Notes: generated by a model not told the origin, from the letters alone. Counted from the stretch's first letter, positions 29,759-39,763 are shown. The stretch: DNA of 64,000 bases from Bradymonadia bacterium (GCA_046290225.1 JBKAGE010000071.1:108480-172479), one strand, 5' to 3'. Numbers and translations are program-made.

Positions 29759-32700
29759 ATGCGCGTGTTGTCTGTACCCTGCACCAGGGTGTTGAGCCTT
29801 GCCTGGACCTTGAGCCTGTTGCCGGCGATGACGTCAGCGCAGACAGGGGCCAGCGATGATCGCGTGAGCCTGCCTGAGGGCCCTGGGTCGTTCGAAGGTG
29901 TCGGCGACAATGCAGTCGCCGTGGGCAACACCGGGGCCATGACCTACAACATCGACGTGGAGGTTTCTCCAGGACACCCCGGAGCCACTCCGGATCTGGC
30001 CTTGAGCTACAACACCAGTGGTGGCAACGGGATCATGGGCATGGGGTGGCACTTCGGCATGCCTGCCGTCGAGCGGATGTCGAACCGCGGTCTGCCGGAG
30101 TACACCGAAGACGACACCATGGTGTTCGGATCCACAGAGCTGGTTCGCATCAGCGATGGTGAGCCTGCGGAGTATCGCGCGCGATATGAGGGCAGCTTTG
30201 CGCGCTATTTCTGGCACGACCGTGCTCAGGGGAGCGGCCATTGGCAGGTGCACCAGCCCGACGGCACCGTGCAGTGGTTCGGCGCCGAGGCCGACGGCCG
30301 CGTGGTGAGCAACGCCGTGCTCGAAGGGGCCGACGGCGTGTTCCGGTGGCACCTCGTAGAGCAGCGGGACAAGTTCGAACACCCCATGCGCTTGTTCTAC
30401 GTGACCCTCGACGGTCGACCCTACCTCGACGAGATCGAATACATCTACGACGACAACGGTGATGAGCACGGCCGGGTCCAGTTCGGCTACGAAGTCCGGC
30501 CCGATCCGGTCTCCGATGCGCGGAGCGGCTTCAACGAGATCATGAGCCGACGGCTCTCCACCATCGAGACCTACTTCGACGGCACCCGCGTGCGGCGGTA
30601 CGTGCTCGACTACGAAGATGCAGAGTTGTCTGGGGGTCTGAGCCGGCTCGCCAGCGTGCAGATGTTGGGGCTCGACGAGCAGCCCTTCAGCTCGAGCACC
30701 GGTTTTACCTACAGCGGAGGCATCGGCACCGGGGAGCCCGCCCTCGTGGACATGGGCTTTGTGGGTGGCAGCCCCGTCACGGGCAACGCCACCCTCGTCG
30801 ATCTCAACGGCGACGGCCTGCCAGACATGCTCGACACCACTCAGCCCGGGGCGCACCGTATCTACCTCAACACCCTTGGGGGCGATGGCAGCCACCAGTT
30901 CAGCGCCGCTCGGGAGAGCGAGCTGGGCATCCAGGCAGGGCACCAGCTGAGCAGCCCCTACACCCAGATCCTCGACATCAATGGCGACGGCAAGACCGAC
31001 CTGCTCAACGCGCAGACCGGAGAGGCCCTGCTCAACGACGGCAGCGGTGACTGGGGAGAGCGCGTCGCTCTGTCCGCTGTTGGGTTGCCCGACTTTGGGG
31101 AAGACTTCGCTGGTGGTGGGGAGGAGCTCACCTACATTCGATTCTTCGACTACGACAATGATCGTCGGATCGATGTGATCCGGGCCACCGACGTCACCAC
31201 GCAGATCTACGCCAACACCGCGGAGTCCTTTGATGTGGTACCCGACGTCGAAGCCATCGGCCGCGGCTTCGACACGAGCCGGCTCGAGCTTGCTGATCTC
31301 ACCGGTGACGGGCTGCTTGACGCTGTGGTGGTCGCCGCAGGCAGCCTCGAGTATCGCATCAACCTCGGCCGAGGGCGCTGGAGCGCCTGGCGCACCATCG
31401 AGTCGGTGCCCTACAGCGCCAACGAGGTGGATGAAGTGCGCCTCGAAGACATCAACGGTGACAGCCTCGACGATCTCGTCATCGTACGATCAGGCCAGCT
31501 GCGCTACGCCCTCAACCGGGGCGACGACACCTTTGACGGGTGGGCCACCATCGAGCAGGCCGGGGGGCAGGCCCTGCCCGACGTCGTCGACAACACGACG
31601 GTCTTGTTCGCCGACATGAACGCCTCGGGCAGCGACGACGTGGTCTACATCGGCGTGAACGGCTCGGTGCGCTACCTCGAGCTGTTCCCCCTGAGGCCCA
31701 ACCTGCTCACCGCCGTCGAAGACAGCCACGGGGTGCGCCAGGACATCAGCTACACCACCGCCGCAGAGCACCGCGCCGCCGACGACGAGGCGTGGCAGCT
31801 CACCGCGCCGTTCCCCATGCTCATGGTCACCGAGGTGCAGACCGGCGACACCCTCACCGACGTTGTGGAGCGCACCCGCTACCGCTACCGCGACGCGTTC
31901 TACGACGACGTCGAGAAGCAGTACCGCGGCTTCGCCCACATGGAGACATGGGACGACGGCGACGCCTGGCAGGTGGGCATGATCACCATCGACACCTACA
32001 ACGTGGGTCAGAGCGATCGGTACCTCAACGGGTTGATGAGCCGCCGGGCGAGGTACAGCCAGGAGGCCCCCGACGATCTGATCCGGTCCACCGAGTACAC
32101 CTACGACGACTGCATGCTCACCGGGGTGCCCGAGACCACGCCGGCGATCCGCTATGTCTGCCCCCGCACCGAGATCACCACCATCGCCGAGGGCGGCCCG
32201 GGGGCCGAGGCGGTCACCACCCGCATTACCTACGAGCACGACGGCTACGGCAACATCACCCTCGTGGCCAACGAGGGGGTGACCGACGTCGAGGGCGATG
32301 AGCGCTACCAAGAGACCGACTACATCGATCCCGAGAGCCTGTCGGTGTGGCTGCCCCACCTGCCCTCGGCGGCGCGGGTCTATGGCGATCTCGGCGGCGA
32401 GTACACCGAGCAACGCACTTACTACGACGGCGACGCCTTTGTGGGGCTGCCTCTCGGCGAGGCCACCCTCGGCCTGGCCACCCGCAGCGAGGCCCGGATC
32501 GAAGGCGACACCTACGTCGATATGGCCCGGCAGCGATTCGACGCCCACGGCAACATCGTCGAGCGCCTCGACGTGCGGGCCCCGGGAGACGAGGCGGGGT
32601 ATCGCGGGCGCATCGTCTTCGACGATCTCGGGCTGCAGGTGCTCGCCGAAGAGCGCGAGAACCTCACCCCCGAGGGCCAGGCCTACACCCTGCGCCGCGA

Positions 32701-35700
32701 TTTCGCCTACCACCCCGTGTTCCGCTCGGTGAGCGAGAGCAGCGACGTCTACATCGTCGGGGTGAACGAAGGCGAGGTGGGCAGCGCCCGGTACACCTAC
32801 GACGCCTTGGGCCGCGTGGTGGCCATTCACCAGCCCGGCGATGGCGAAGAGACCCCCATCAGCACCTTTGAGTATCAGTTCGACGGGGCCCTCTCCCGCA
32901 TCGTCAGCCGTCACCGGACCACTCAGAACGCCGCAGAGCCCGATCAGGTGCACGTGGAGTGCTTCGACGCCGCAGGGCGTATGTTCCAGCGGCGCATGCG
33001 CATCGACGCGACGCGCTGGCGGGTGGAGCAGGCGGTGGTGTTCAACAGCAGAGGATCGATCAGCCATGAGCACCTGATCTACGTGAGCGAAGAGGCAGAC
33101 TGCGAGATCACGCCCCCTGCAGATGCCCTGGCCTACGAGAACCACTACGACGCCCTCGGCCGCCCCGTACGCACGGTGATCCCCGATGGCGAGACTCAGG
33201 GCACCGCCTCGTTCCGCCGCATTGTGTACGGCCCCCTCACCGAGACCCAGTACGACGGTGAGGACACTGACGAAGGCAGCCCTTACTTCGACACCCCCTC
33301 GACGTACGCGAAAGATGGTCTCGGCCGCATGATCTCGGTGACCTACCGCCTCACCGAGGGCGATCCGCTGGTGACCCGGTACACCTATGACCCCCTGGGC
33401 TGGATCGACTCGGTTACTGATCCCGAGGGCAACACCCGCGTGCAATCCCACAACTTGCTGGGACAAATCGTGTGGGTGGAAGACGCCGATCGCGGCCGCA
33501 CCACCTTCGAGTACGACGACGCGGGCAACCCCGTGCGCACCGAAGACGCTGCAGGCCGGGTGGTGCGCCAGAGCTACGATCTGCTCAACCGCCGCACGGC
33601 CCTGTGGGACGCCGCCGACGAGGCGGGCACCAAGGCCACGTTCCAGTACGACTTCACCGAAGGCTGCCCCGAGGGGCTGTGCACGTTCCCCAGCGAGCAG
33701 CTCGTGGGGGTGAACTACCTGGTGGACAACCACGAGGTGCAGGTGTGGTACGGCCGCGACGAGCGCCGCCGAGTGACCCGCACGCGCTGGCTCGTCGACG
33801 GCGTGCCCTTCGACGCCACCCTGGCCTACGATCACAAGAACCGCATCGTCGAGGAGCGCTACCCCGGCGACGTGGTGCTGGAGTACCAGTACGACGCCCT
33901 CGATCGCATCTCGGCGATCCCTGGCATCGTCGAGTCTGCCGAGTACAGCGACTTGGGCCGGCTGCAGCGGCGCACGTACGCCAACGGGGTCACCGAGGCC
34001 CTCGACTTCAACGGCGTGGGTCAGACCCTGCGACGGCGCCTCACCGACGCCGACGGCGAGGGCCTGCTCGACATGTCTTTCGGCTTCAACCGCGTGGGCG
34101 GCCTCGTCGAGGTCACCGACATGATCGAGTCCGAGGGCCGCCCAGGCCGGGGGGTCCGGTACGGCTACGACGCCATCTACCGCCTGACCTCTGCTGCCCT
34201 CGATCCTGATCGCCCCGACTACGCCGAGACGCTCAGCTACGCCTACAGCGCCAGCGGCCGCCTCGTGAACAAGTCGTCCTCTCGCGGCGCCGCCAGCGCG
34301 CTGCACGTGGGCGAGCTGGCCTACAGCAGCGGCACCCACCGCGTCACCCAGGCCGGCGATCTTGCCCTCACCTACGACGACGCTGGCATGATGACGCGCC
34401 GCGGCGAGACCCGGTACAGCTGGAACGCCCTGGGCCGCCTCACCGAAGCCACCCGGGCAGGGGAGGCCCTCGCCCTCTACGGCTACGACCCCTCAGGTGA
34501 GCGGGTGCTGCGCCACGAGGGGGCACACTTCGCGTGGTCCCTCACCCCGAGCTTCGAGATCGAAGACGGCATGCTGTTGGTGCACGTGACCATGAACGGC
34601 ATGCGGGTGGCCACCGTGGAGCGCGACGCCCTCGCCGCCAAGGTGCTGCCCGACGCGGTGGAAGACGAGATCATCGACATCGCCGACGCTGTGGTGCACG
34701 ACGCCCCGGTGGACACGGGGGCCGCCGAAGATCAGACCCGGCAAATGCTCTCGGCCAGCGTGCGGCGCATGCTGCTCGACGGCGAAGATCGCATCACGTG
34801 GCTGCACAACGATCAGACCCACAACGCCGCGGTGATCACCGACGCCCGGGGCGCCGAGGTCGAGCAGCGCGCCTTCTCGCCCTTCGGTGGCGCTCGGCAC
34901 TTCGACTCCGGCGCCGAGACCACCTACGGCTTCGCAGGCAAAGAGACCGATCGGGGCACGGGCCTCACCTACTTCGGCAGCCGCTACTACGACAGTGTGC
35001 TGGGTCGCTGGAGCGCGGCAGACCCCACCTTCGTGATCATCGAAGAGGAGAACACCGGCACGCCACTTCAGATGAACGACCCGTACAGCTTCAGCCAGAA
35101 CAACCCCGTGAGCTTCCTCGACGCCGACGGCAACCGCAGCTCGGCGGCGTGGGAGTTCATGATGGCCGGCATCGGAGCGGCCATCAACATCCTCACCGGC
35201 GGGGCCGGGAGCGTCGCCGGGGCCATCATCGGCGGCGCCGCGGGGCTCTACGGATCAGTGATGAAGCAGGTGATCCTCTACAAGGTGGGCGGCCTCAAAC
35301 CGACACCCCTCAACGTGCTGTGGTCCGCGGGTACGGTGCTGTTCTCCACCGCGGCGGCGGCCCTCGCGGGCAGCTTCTTCGGCGTCAGCTGGGCCGGGAT
35401 GGAGTGGATCAAGGCCGGGGCCCAGGTCGGCCTGGCCTACAAGGCGGCTCAGACATATGCCAACGGGGAGCCCACCGAAGCCACAACGAAGTGGGAGGTC
35501 GCCGGAGATCTCGTGGGCATGGCGAGCCCATCGTGGGGTCTGCTCACCACCCTGGTCCGGGCCATCGGGGTCGGGGGCTACGCCGCGGCCACGCTGGCGT
35601 GGCGCACCTACAACCATGCGAAGCGCTGGAGCGCGCGGAAAGCCCAGGAGAAGTGGGCGGCGATGCGCAAGAAATACCAGAAGTCGAAGGCGATGCCCGT

Positions 35701-35971
35701 GAGCCGCAGCCAGGCCCGCAACAGCGTGACGCTCTCTCTGAGCCGGCAGGCGAACGCTGGCTCGGTGACCCGCCCCGACGTCGGCGCCGGCGTCCCCGGC
35801 GCCGGCAGCCCCCGTCGGATGAGCGACGCCGGCCTCAAGCAGTTCTCGAAGTGGAACCGTCAATCGAGTGTGGGTCGAGGAGACGTGGCCAAGCGCGCAG
35901 CGATGATGAGCGAGCTGAAGACGGTGGTGGCCCAACGACAGGCGGGCTCACAGCGTCGCAACACGCGGTGA
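29759..35971 (+). CDS. SpvB/FG-GAP/YD-RHS repeat protein (fused Tc toxin B-C-like) with signal peptide
   Basis: N-terminal SpvB-like PDLALSYNTSGGNGIMGMGW, repeated DxNGDGxxD, many YD repeats, core FAGKETD...YFGSRYYD...GRWSAADP...NNPVSFLDADG. Confidence 0.93.
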   Translation: MRVLSVPCTRVLSLAWTLSLLPAMTSAQTGASDDRVSLPEGPGSFEGVGDNAVAVGNTGAMTYNIDVEVSPGHPGATPDLALSYNTSGGNGIMGMGWHFGMPAVERMSNRGLPEYTEDDTMVFGSTELVRISDGEPAEYRARYEGSFARYFWHDRAQGSGHWQVHQPDGTVQWFGAEADGRVVSNAVLEGADGVFRWHLVEQRDKFEHPMRLFYVTLDGRPYLDEIEYIYDDNGDEHGRVQFGYEVRPDPVSDARSGFNEIMSRRLSTIETYFDGTRVRRYVLDYEDAELSGGLSRLASVQMLGLDEQPFSSSTGFTYSGGIGTGEPALVDMGFVGGSPVTGNATLVDLNGDGLPDMLDTTQPGAHRIYLNTLGGDGSHQFSAARESELGIQAGHQLSSPYTQILDINGDGKTDLLNAQTGEALLNDGSGDWGERVALSAVGLPDFGEDFAGGGEELTYIRFFDYDNDRRIDVIRATDVTTQIYANTAESFDVVPDVEAIGRGFDTSRLELADLTGDGLLDAVVVAAGSLEYRINLGRGRWSAWRTIESVPYSANEVDEVRLEDINGDSLDDLVIVRSGQLRYALNRGDDTFDGWATIEQAGGQALPDVVDNTTVLFADMNASGSDDVVYIGVNGSVRYLELFPLRPNLLTAVEDSHGVRQDISYTTAAEHRAADDEAWQLTAPFPMLMVTEVQTGDTLTDVVERTRYRYRDAFYDDVEKQYRGFAHMETWDDGDAWQVGMITIDTYNVGQSDRYLNGLMSRRARYSQEAPDDLIRSTEYTYDDCMLTGVPETTPAIRYVCPRTEITTIAEGGPGAEAVTTRITYEHDGYGNITLVANEGVTDVEGDERYQETDYIDPESLSVWLPHLPSAARVYGDLGGEYTEQRTYYDGDAFVGLPLGEATLGLATRSEARIEGDTYVDMARQRFDAHGNIVERLDVRAPGDEAGYRGRIVFDDLGLQVLAEERENLTPEGQAYTLRRDFAYHPVFRSVSESSDVYIVGVNEGEVGSARYTYDALGRVVAIHQPGDGEETPISTFEYQFDGALSRIVSRHRTTQNAAEPDQVHVECFDAAGRMFQRRMRIDATRWRVEQAVVFNSRGSISHEHLIYVSEEADCEITPPADALAYENHYDALGRPVRTVIPDGETQGTASFRRIVYGPLTETQYDGEDTDEGSPYFDTPSTYAKDGLGRMISVTYRLTEGDPLVTRYTYDPLGWIDSVTDPEGNTRVQSHNLLGQIVWVEDADRGRTTFEYDDAGNPVRTEDAAGRVVRQSYDLLNRRTALWDAADEAGTKATFQYDFTEGCPEGLCTFPSEQLVGVNYLVDNHEVQVWYGRDERRRVTRTRWLVDGVPFDATLAYDHKNRIVEERYPGDVVLEYQYDALDRISAIPGIVESAEYSDLGRLQRRTYANGVTEALDFNGVGQTLRRRLTDADGEGLLDMSFGFNRVGGLVEVTDMIESEGRPGRGVRYGYDAIYRLTSAALDPDRPDYAETLSYAYSASGRLVNKSSSRGAASALHVGELAYSSGTHRVTQAGDLALTYDDAGMMTRRGETRYSWNALGRLTEATRAGEALALYGYDPSGERVLRHEGAHFAWSLTPSFEIEDGMLLVHVTMNGMRVATVERDALAAKVLPDAVEDEIIDIADAVVHDAPVDTGAAEDQTRQMLSASVRRMLLDGEDRITWLHNDQTHNAAVITDARGAEVEQRAFSPFGGARHFDSGAETTYGFAGKETDRGTGLTYFGSRYYDSVLGRWSAADPTFVIIEEENTGTPLQMNDPYSFSQNNPVSFLDADGNRSSAAWEFMMAGIGAAINILTGGAGSVAGAIIGGAAGLYGSVMKQVILYKVGGLKPTPLNVLWSAGTVLFSTAAAALAGSFFGVSWAGMEWIKAGAQVGLAYKAAQTYANGEPTEATTKWEVAGDLVGMASPSWGLLTTLVRAIGVGGYAAATLAWRTYNHAKRWSARKAQEKWAAMRKKYQKSKAMPVSRSQARNSVTLSLSRQANAGSVTRPDVGAGVPGAGSPRRMSDAGLKQFSKWNRQSSVGRGDVAKRAAMMSELKTVVAQRQAGSQRRNTR

Positions 35972-35990
35972 GCGCCGTGCCGAGGAGCGC

Positions 35991-38063
35991 TCAGCGGTAC
36001 AGATCGCAGTACGCCGAGCTCGTGTTGGTGCATTCTGGCGGTACGCAGTGGCTGGGCCCGAAGGCCACATCACCGAGGCCGTCGCACTCATACCATTCCG
36101 GGAAGCCCTGAGCGGCGCAGTCGGTGTGTGTCTGACACTCCTGCTCGCAGACGTCGTCGTGGCTGCAGGAGAATCCGTTCTCTTCGCACTCACCAGGCAT
36201 CAAGCCGGCGCAGGAGGCGTTGAAGTCCACGCACTCGCCGTGTGAGAACTCCAGCGAGGTCTGGTTGAAGACACAGCCTACAGTGCCATCTGCAGAGGCA
36301 TCGATGGCGTCACAGTTGTCGAGGCAGAACCAGGGCATCTCTTCGAGTCGCTCCCGGCTCGCTGGGGAGTTGGCGCTGGGCAGGCACTGACCGTGATCGC
36401 TGGGCCCCCATCCGTTCGACTCGAGGCCCCAGCAGGTGAGATCGGGCTCGATGCCCTGACACGCGGCGTCGTTGTCGCAGGGGCAGCCGATGTTCGACCC
36501 CTCGCCACAGACCTCGCAGCGGGGATACTCGGTGGGGCCGAAGTTGAAGGTGCCACACACAGTGTTCTCGCCCACACAGTATTGCCCCTCGCCGTAGAGC
36601 CCGTTGGCCAGGTGACTGCCCGAGCCGTCTGCATACCCACCATCAAAGGCAGCATCCGACATCGAGAAGACGTCGAGGTTGGCACAGGGGCAGCCAGGCG
36701 TACCGAAGAGGTTGGGGTCGTGGGGATCAGGGCAGGTGCCATCGTAGGGCGTCGGTGCTGGGGGCACAGGGACACCGTCGCGGGTGTCCTGATAGGCATC
36801 GAGCAATACACCACACGGGGACTTCTCCAGGGTGTGGGCCGAGTTCACCACCATCGAGGCCTCGACCCCACCGGGGAAGCGCATCACACACGAGGCCACC
36901 TCGCGGTTCAGGCCGCCGTAGATGAGGCCCCCGTGCCAGAACTTGTTCACCCGCCGCTCGGAGTTGGGGTTGTTCGAGCCCGGAGACCACCCGAACTTGC
37001 CCTGGTTCATCTCCTGGCGCATCGCGGGGCTGAAGAAAGCGTCGTCGTGCTGGATGTGGGCCATGAGGCTGGCGAGCTCCATCGAGGAGAGGTGCCAGCC
37101 GCCGTGGGCGCCGCAGCTGGTGGTGAAGACCGACTCGGCTCCGGCGGTGTCGAGGTTCTCGATGTCGTAGAACAGCGCCCCTGGGTAGCTGGGCATCGAC
37201 TGACAGGCCACGGGGCTCAGCTCCGCAGGGGTGAAGACATAGTGATGGGCCAGCACCGCGAAGAGCATGGTGTGGTTGGCCTCGGTGACCTGAACACCCT
37301 GGATGGGGCTCGAGGGCATCGTGGACCAGATGCGGGGGCCGAGGATCCGCATCAGGGCATAGTTGGCGTTCTTGTAGCTCGCGCCGCTCCCCGGGCTGAT
37401 GGCGAAGTCGGCGAGGCTCTCGCTGCCGTCACCGGCGGTGGCCATGTAGCGCAGGCCGTCCCACCCGTTGCCGAAGGGTTCGAGCTGGTCCTCGTCGAGA
37501 TCCCCCAGCATCTGGTTGATGCCCGAGCGGTGAGACAAGAGGTGGGCGAAGGTCAGATCACCCCAACCAGGGGCGAGATCCCACGAGGGCGGCATCCACG
37601 GCGCCACGAGGCTGTCGGTGCTGATGCCCTTCTCGTCGAGCAGCTTCATCATGGCCACGGCGGTGAAGTGCTTGCTGACGCTGGCGACCTGCACGCGATG
37701 CTCTTCGGTCCAGTTCTCTTCGCCATCCTGGGCCAGCCGGGCCTTGCCCCAGTTTCGAGTGCGGGCAGGGTGGCCGTTTTCGTTGACCACGAGAGAGTAG
37801 CCCACGACATGGCCTCGCATATCAGCGTGTACGTGACCCACGAGATCGTCGAGGTTGATGGGGTCGAGGGCAGGTGCTTCGAGATCGAAGCCGATGTCAT
37901 TGGGTGGCGTCGTCACCACTGCGGTGAAGGTCTTGGTGGCTGTCCGCGTGGGGGCTTTCTTGATGGTGCTGTAGCGGCTCTTGGTGCGGGCGTCAGCGTC
38001 GTCGCTGGTGCCGGCGAGGGCCATGGAAGACAGAACTGCGGTGAGGATGAGGGGATGTTTCAT
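35991..38063 (-). CDS. Secreted serine hydrolase (beta-lactamase/class C-like) with a Cys-rich C-terminal region
   Basis: Signal peptide, SVSK (SxxK), LLSHRSG, YKN (YxN), HGG; many Cys in the last ~250 aa. Confidence 0.87.
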   Translation of the reverse strand: MKHPLILTAVLSSMALAGTSDDADARTKSRYSTIKKAPTRTATKTFTAVVTTPPNDIGFDLEAPALDPINLDDLVGHVHADMRGHVVGYSLVVNENGHPARTRNWGKARLAQDGEENWTEEHRVQVASVSKHFTAVAMMKLLDEKGISTDSLVAPWMPPSWDLAPGWGDLTFAHLLSHRSGINQMLGDLDEDQLEPFGNGWDGLRYMATAGDGSESLADFAISPGSGASYKNANYALMRILGPRIWSTMPSSPIQGVQVTEANHTMLFAVLAHHYVFTPAELSPVACQSMPSYPGALFYDIENLDTAGAESVFTTSCGAHGGWHLSSMELASLMAHIQHDDAFFSPAMRQEMNQGKFGWSPGSNNPNSERRVNKFWHGGLIYGGLNREVASCVMRFPGGVEASMVVNSAHTLEKSPCGVLLDAYQDTRDGVPVPPAPTPYDGTCPDPHDPNLFGTPGCPCANLDVFSMSDAAFDGGYADGSGSHLANGLYGEGQYCVGENTVCGTFNFGPTEYPRCEVCGEGSNIGCPCDNDAACQGIEPDLTCWGLESNGWGPSDHGQCLPSANSPASRERLEEMPWFCLDNCDAIDASADGTVGCVFNQTSLEFSHGECVDFNASCAGLMPGECEENGFSCSHDDVCEQECQTHTDCAAQGFPEWYECDGLGDVAFGPSHCVPPECTNTSSAYCDLYR

Positions 38064-38215
38064 CTGGGGTTCCTTCTCGAACGTTGATGAGCGTTGATGT
38101 TCTGCTCATGCGTTCAGGCGACAGGTGCCAGATGGCTACGACAGGGAATTTGGCTTTTTTCGTTTATCAGAGCTGGACAGGTGTTGGTTTGAGCGGGGGG
38201 TCGGCTGTCACGGTG

Positions 38216-38702
38216 GAGTCCTGGTAGGCAGTCATCGCTGCGCTCTGCCTGCGTAGGCAGCTGCCGACGGCCGGCCTTCGGCCCGCCTTGGAGCTGCGTA
38301 CACGTCGCCACGCTCGCTGAGGCGAGCAGGCCTCCGGGTAGGCAGGGTCGCTCAATGCTGACGCATTATTCGCTCGCTCCCCTGCGTAAAAAGTCAGTTC
38401 TGGTGTGGCTTTGAGGGCATTCCCAATGCTGTTAGGGCTTTCGCCGAACCTTGGGACACAGGAGCTTGCAGGTTCGCGGCAGGTCGAATCCCGGTGGATT
38501 TCAGCAACAAGAGACAGAAGAAGCTCTTTACGCAGGGGAGCGAGCGAAAAGGGCGAAGCCCTGAGCGACCCTGCTTACCCGGAAGGGTGTCCGCGCGAGC
38601 GGATGCCCGAACGTGTACGCGCCAGACGAGGCGGCCCGAAGGGCTGCCGAAGGCCGGGCGCCTACGCAGGCAGAGCGCAGCGATGACTGCCTACCAGGAC
38701 TC
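38216..38702. repeat. Pair of ~175-bp diverged structured repeats in inverted orientation
   Basis: 38216-38390 versus the reverse complement of 38527-38702: identical blocks of 43, 13 and 22 bp separated by variable hairpin segments. Confidence 0.92.
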
Positions 38703-38892
38703 TGCCGTGGCTACCACCTCAAACTGCCCACACGAGCTCCGCAGCCTTGATCGCCATCCATTGTCGCCCACGAGCATCCAATAGATACGTATGGGGACTC
38801 CTCGACATGTGTGGTGGTGATGTTCAAAAGGTATGGGGCATCAGCGGCACGTACAATGGCCAGATGTTGCCCAGGGGTGTACGTTCACGTAC

Positions 38893-39744
38893 ATGGTCGA
38901 CATCAACGATTTTCAGTGGGACGACATCCGGATCTTCCTCGCCGTGATGCGCAGCGGGAGTGGGCGACAGGCCGCCAGAGTCCTTGGGCTCAGCCGGCCT
39001 ACAGTGGCGCGCAGACTGTCAGCGCTGGAAGCGAAGATCGGGTTGCAGCTCTTCGAGCGGGCCAGTGGAGGACTCGACGCCACTGCTGCGGCGAAATCCA
39101 TCTTGCCCGTGGCCGAAGAGGCAGAGCAGGCCATGCTCGCCGTGACCCGAGCGGTGCACGCCGCCGATCACGAAATGCGAGGGCCGATCCGGGTGGCGAT
39201 GCCTGCGGTGGCTGCTGCTGATCTGCTCATGGAAGATCTGGTGACCTTCTGTCAGCGCTGGCCCAAGATCGATATGCACATCAGTGGGGGGTACAGCCTC
39301 TCCGACTTGGGCCGTCGAGAGGCAGACGTCGCCATCCGGTTCATGCCATTGGGGATGGTGCCCGAGGGCAACCTGGTGGGCCGGAAGGTGGCCAACGCGC
39401 ATATGGCCATCTATGGCGAGGGCGATTGCTGGATCGGCCAGCGTGGCGGTGAACTCGATCAGGCATGGATCAAGGACACCCCGTTCCCTGACCTGCCAGT
39501 GAGGGGCACCATCGTCGACGGTGAAATCATCCGAAGTGCCTGTGCCGCTGGCATGGGGATGACCCGCTTACCCTGTTTCTTTGCCGAGCCTCGGCTCACT
39601 CGACGCACTCAGCCTGAGCCTGGCCTCGACGTATGGGTGCTGGTCCACGCAGACCTGCGCAGTAATCCGCGGCTGAGGGCCTTTCGAGATGCGATGGTCT
39701 CGGCTCTGTTGAGGCTGAAGCCACGACTGGAGGGGCGACACTGA
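38893..39744 (+). CDS. LysR family transcriptional regulator
   Basis: WDDIRIFLAV...AARVLGLSRPTVARRLSALE...LFER; READVAIR. Confidence 0.93.
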   Translation: MVDINDFQWDDIRIFLAVMRSGSGRQAARVLGLSRPTVARRLSALEAKIGLQLFERASGGLDATAAAKSILPVAEEAEQAMLAVTRAVHAADHEMRGPIRVAMPAVAAADLLMEDLVTFCQRWPKIDMHISGGYSLSDLGRREADVAIRFMPLGMVPEGNLVGRKVANAHMAIYGEGDCWIGQRGGELDQAWIKDTPFPDLPVRGTIVDGEIIRSACAAGMGMTRLPCFFAEPRLTRRTQPEPGLDVWVLVHADLRSNPRLRAFRDAMVSALLRLKPRLEGRH

Positions 39745-39763
39745 GCTCTTCAAAGGCTGAGTT

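Noticed and set aside
31490..34339. 949-aa antisense ORF inside the RHS gene
   Set aside because: Antisense shadow with no recognisable motifs.
34534..36111. 525-aa alternative-frame ORF as a possible RHS immunity or overlapping gene
   Set aside because: Arg-rich off-frame translation typical of GC-rich DNA.
38113..38130. TGGCAC on the minus strand as a sigma-54 promoter for the serine hydrolase
   Set aside because: No GC at the required -12 spacing.
38114..38947. Small ORFs in the serine hydrolase-LysR intergenic region, two sharing the peptide LRRQSAAMTAYQDS
   Set aside because: The shared peptide follows from the inverted DNA repeat. The variable segments have indels and conserve hairpins rather than a reading frame.
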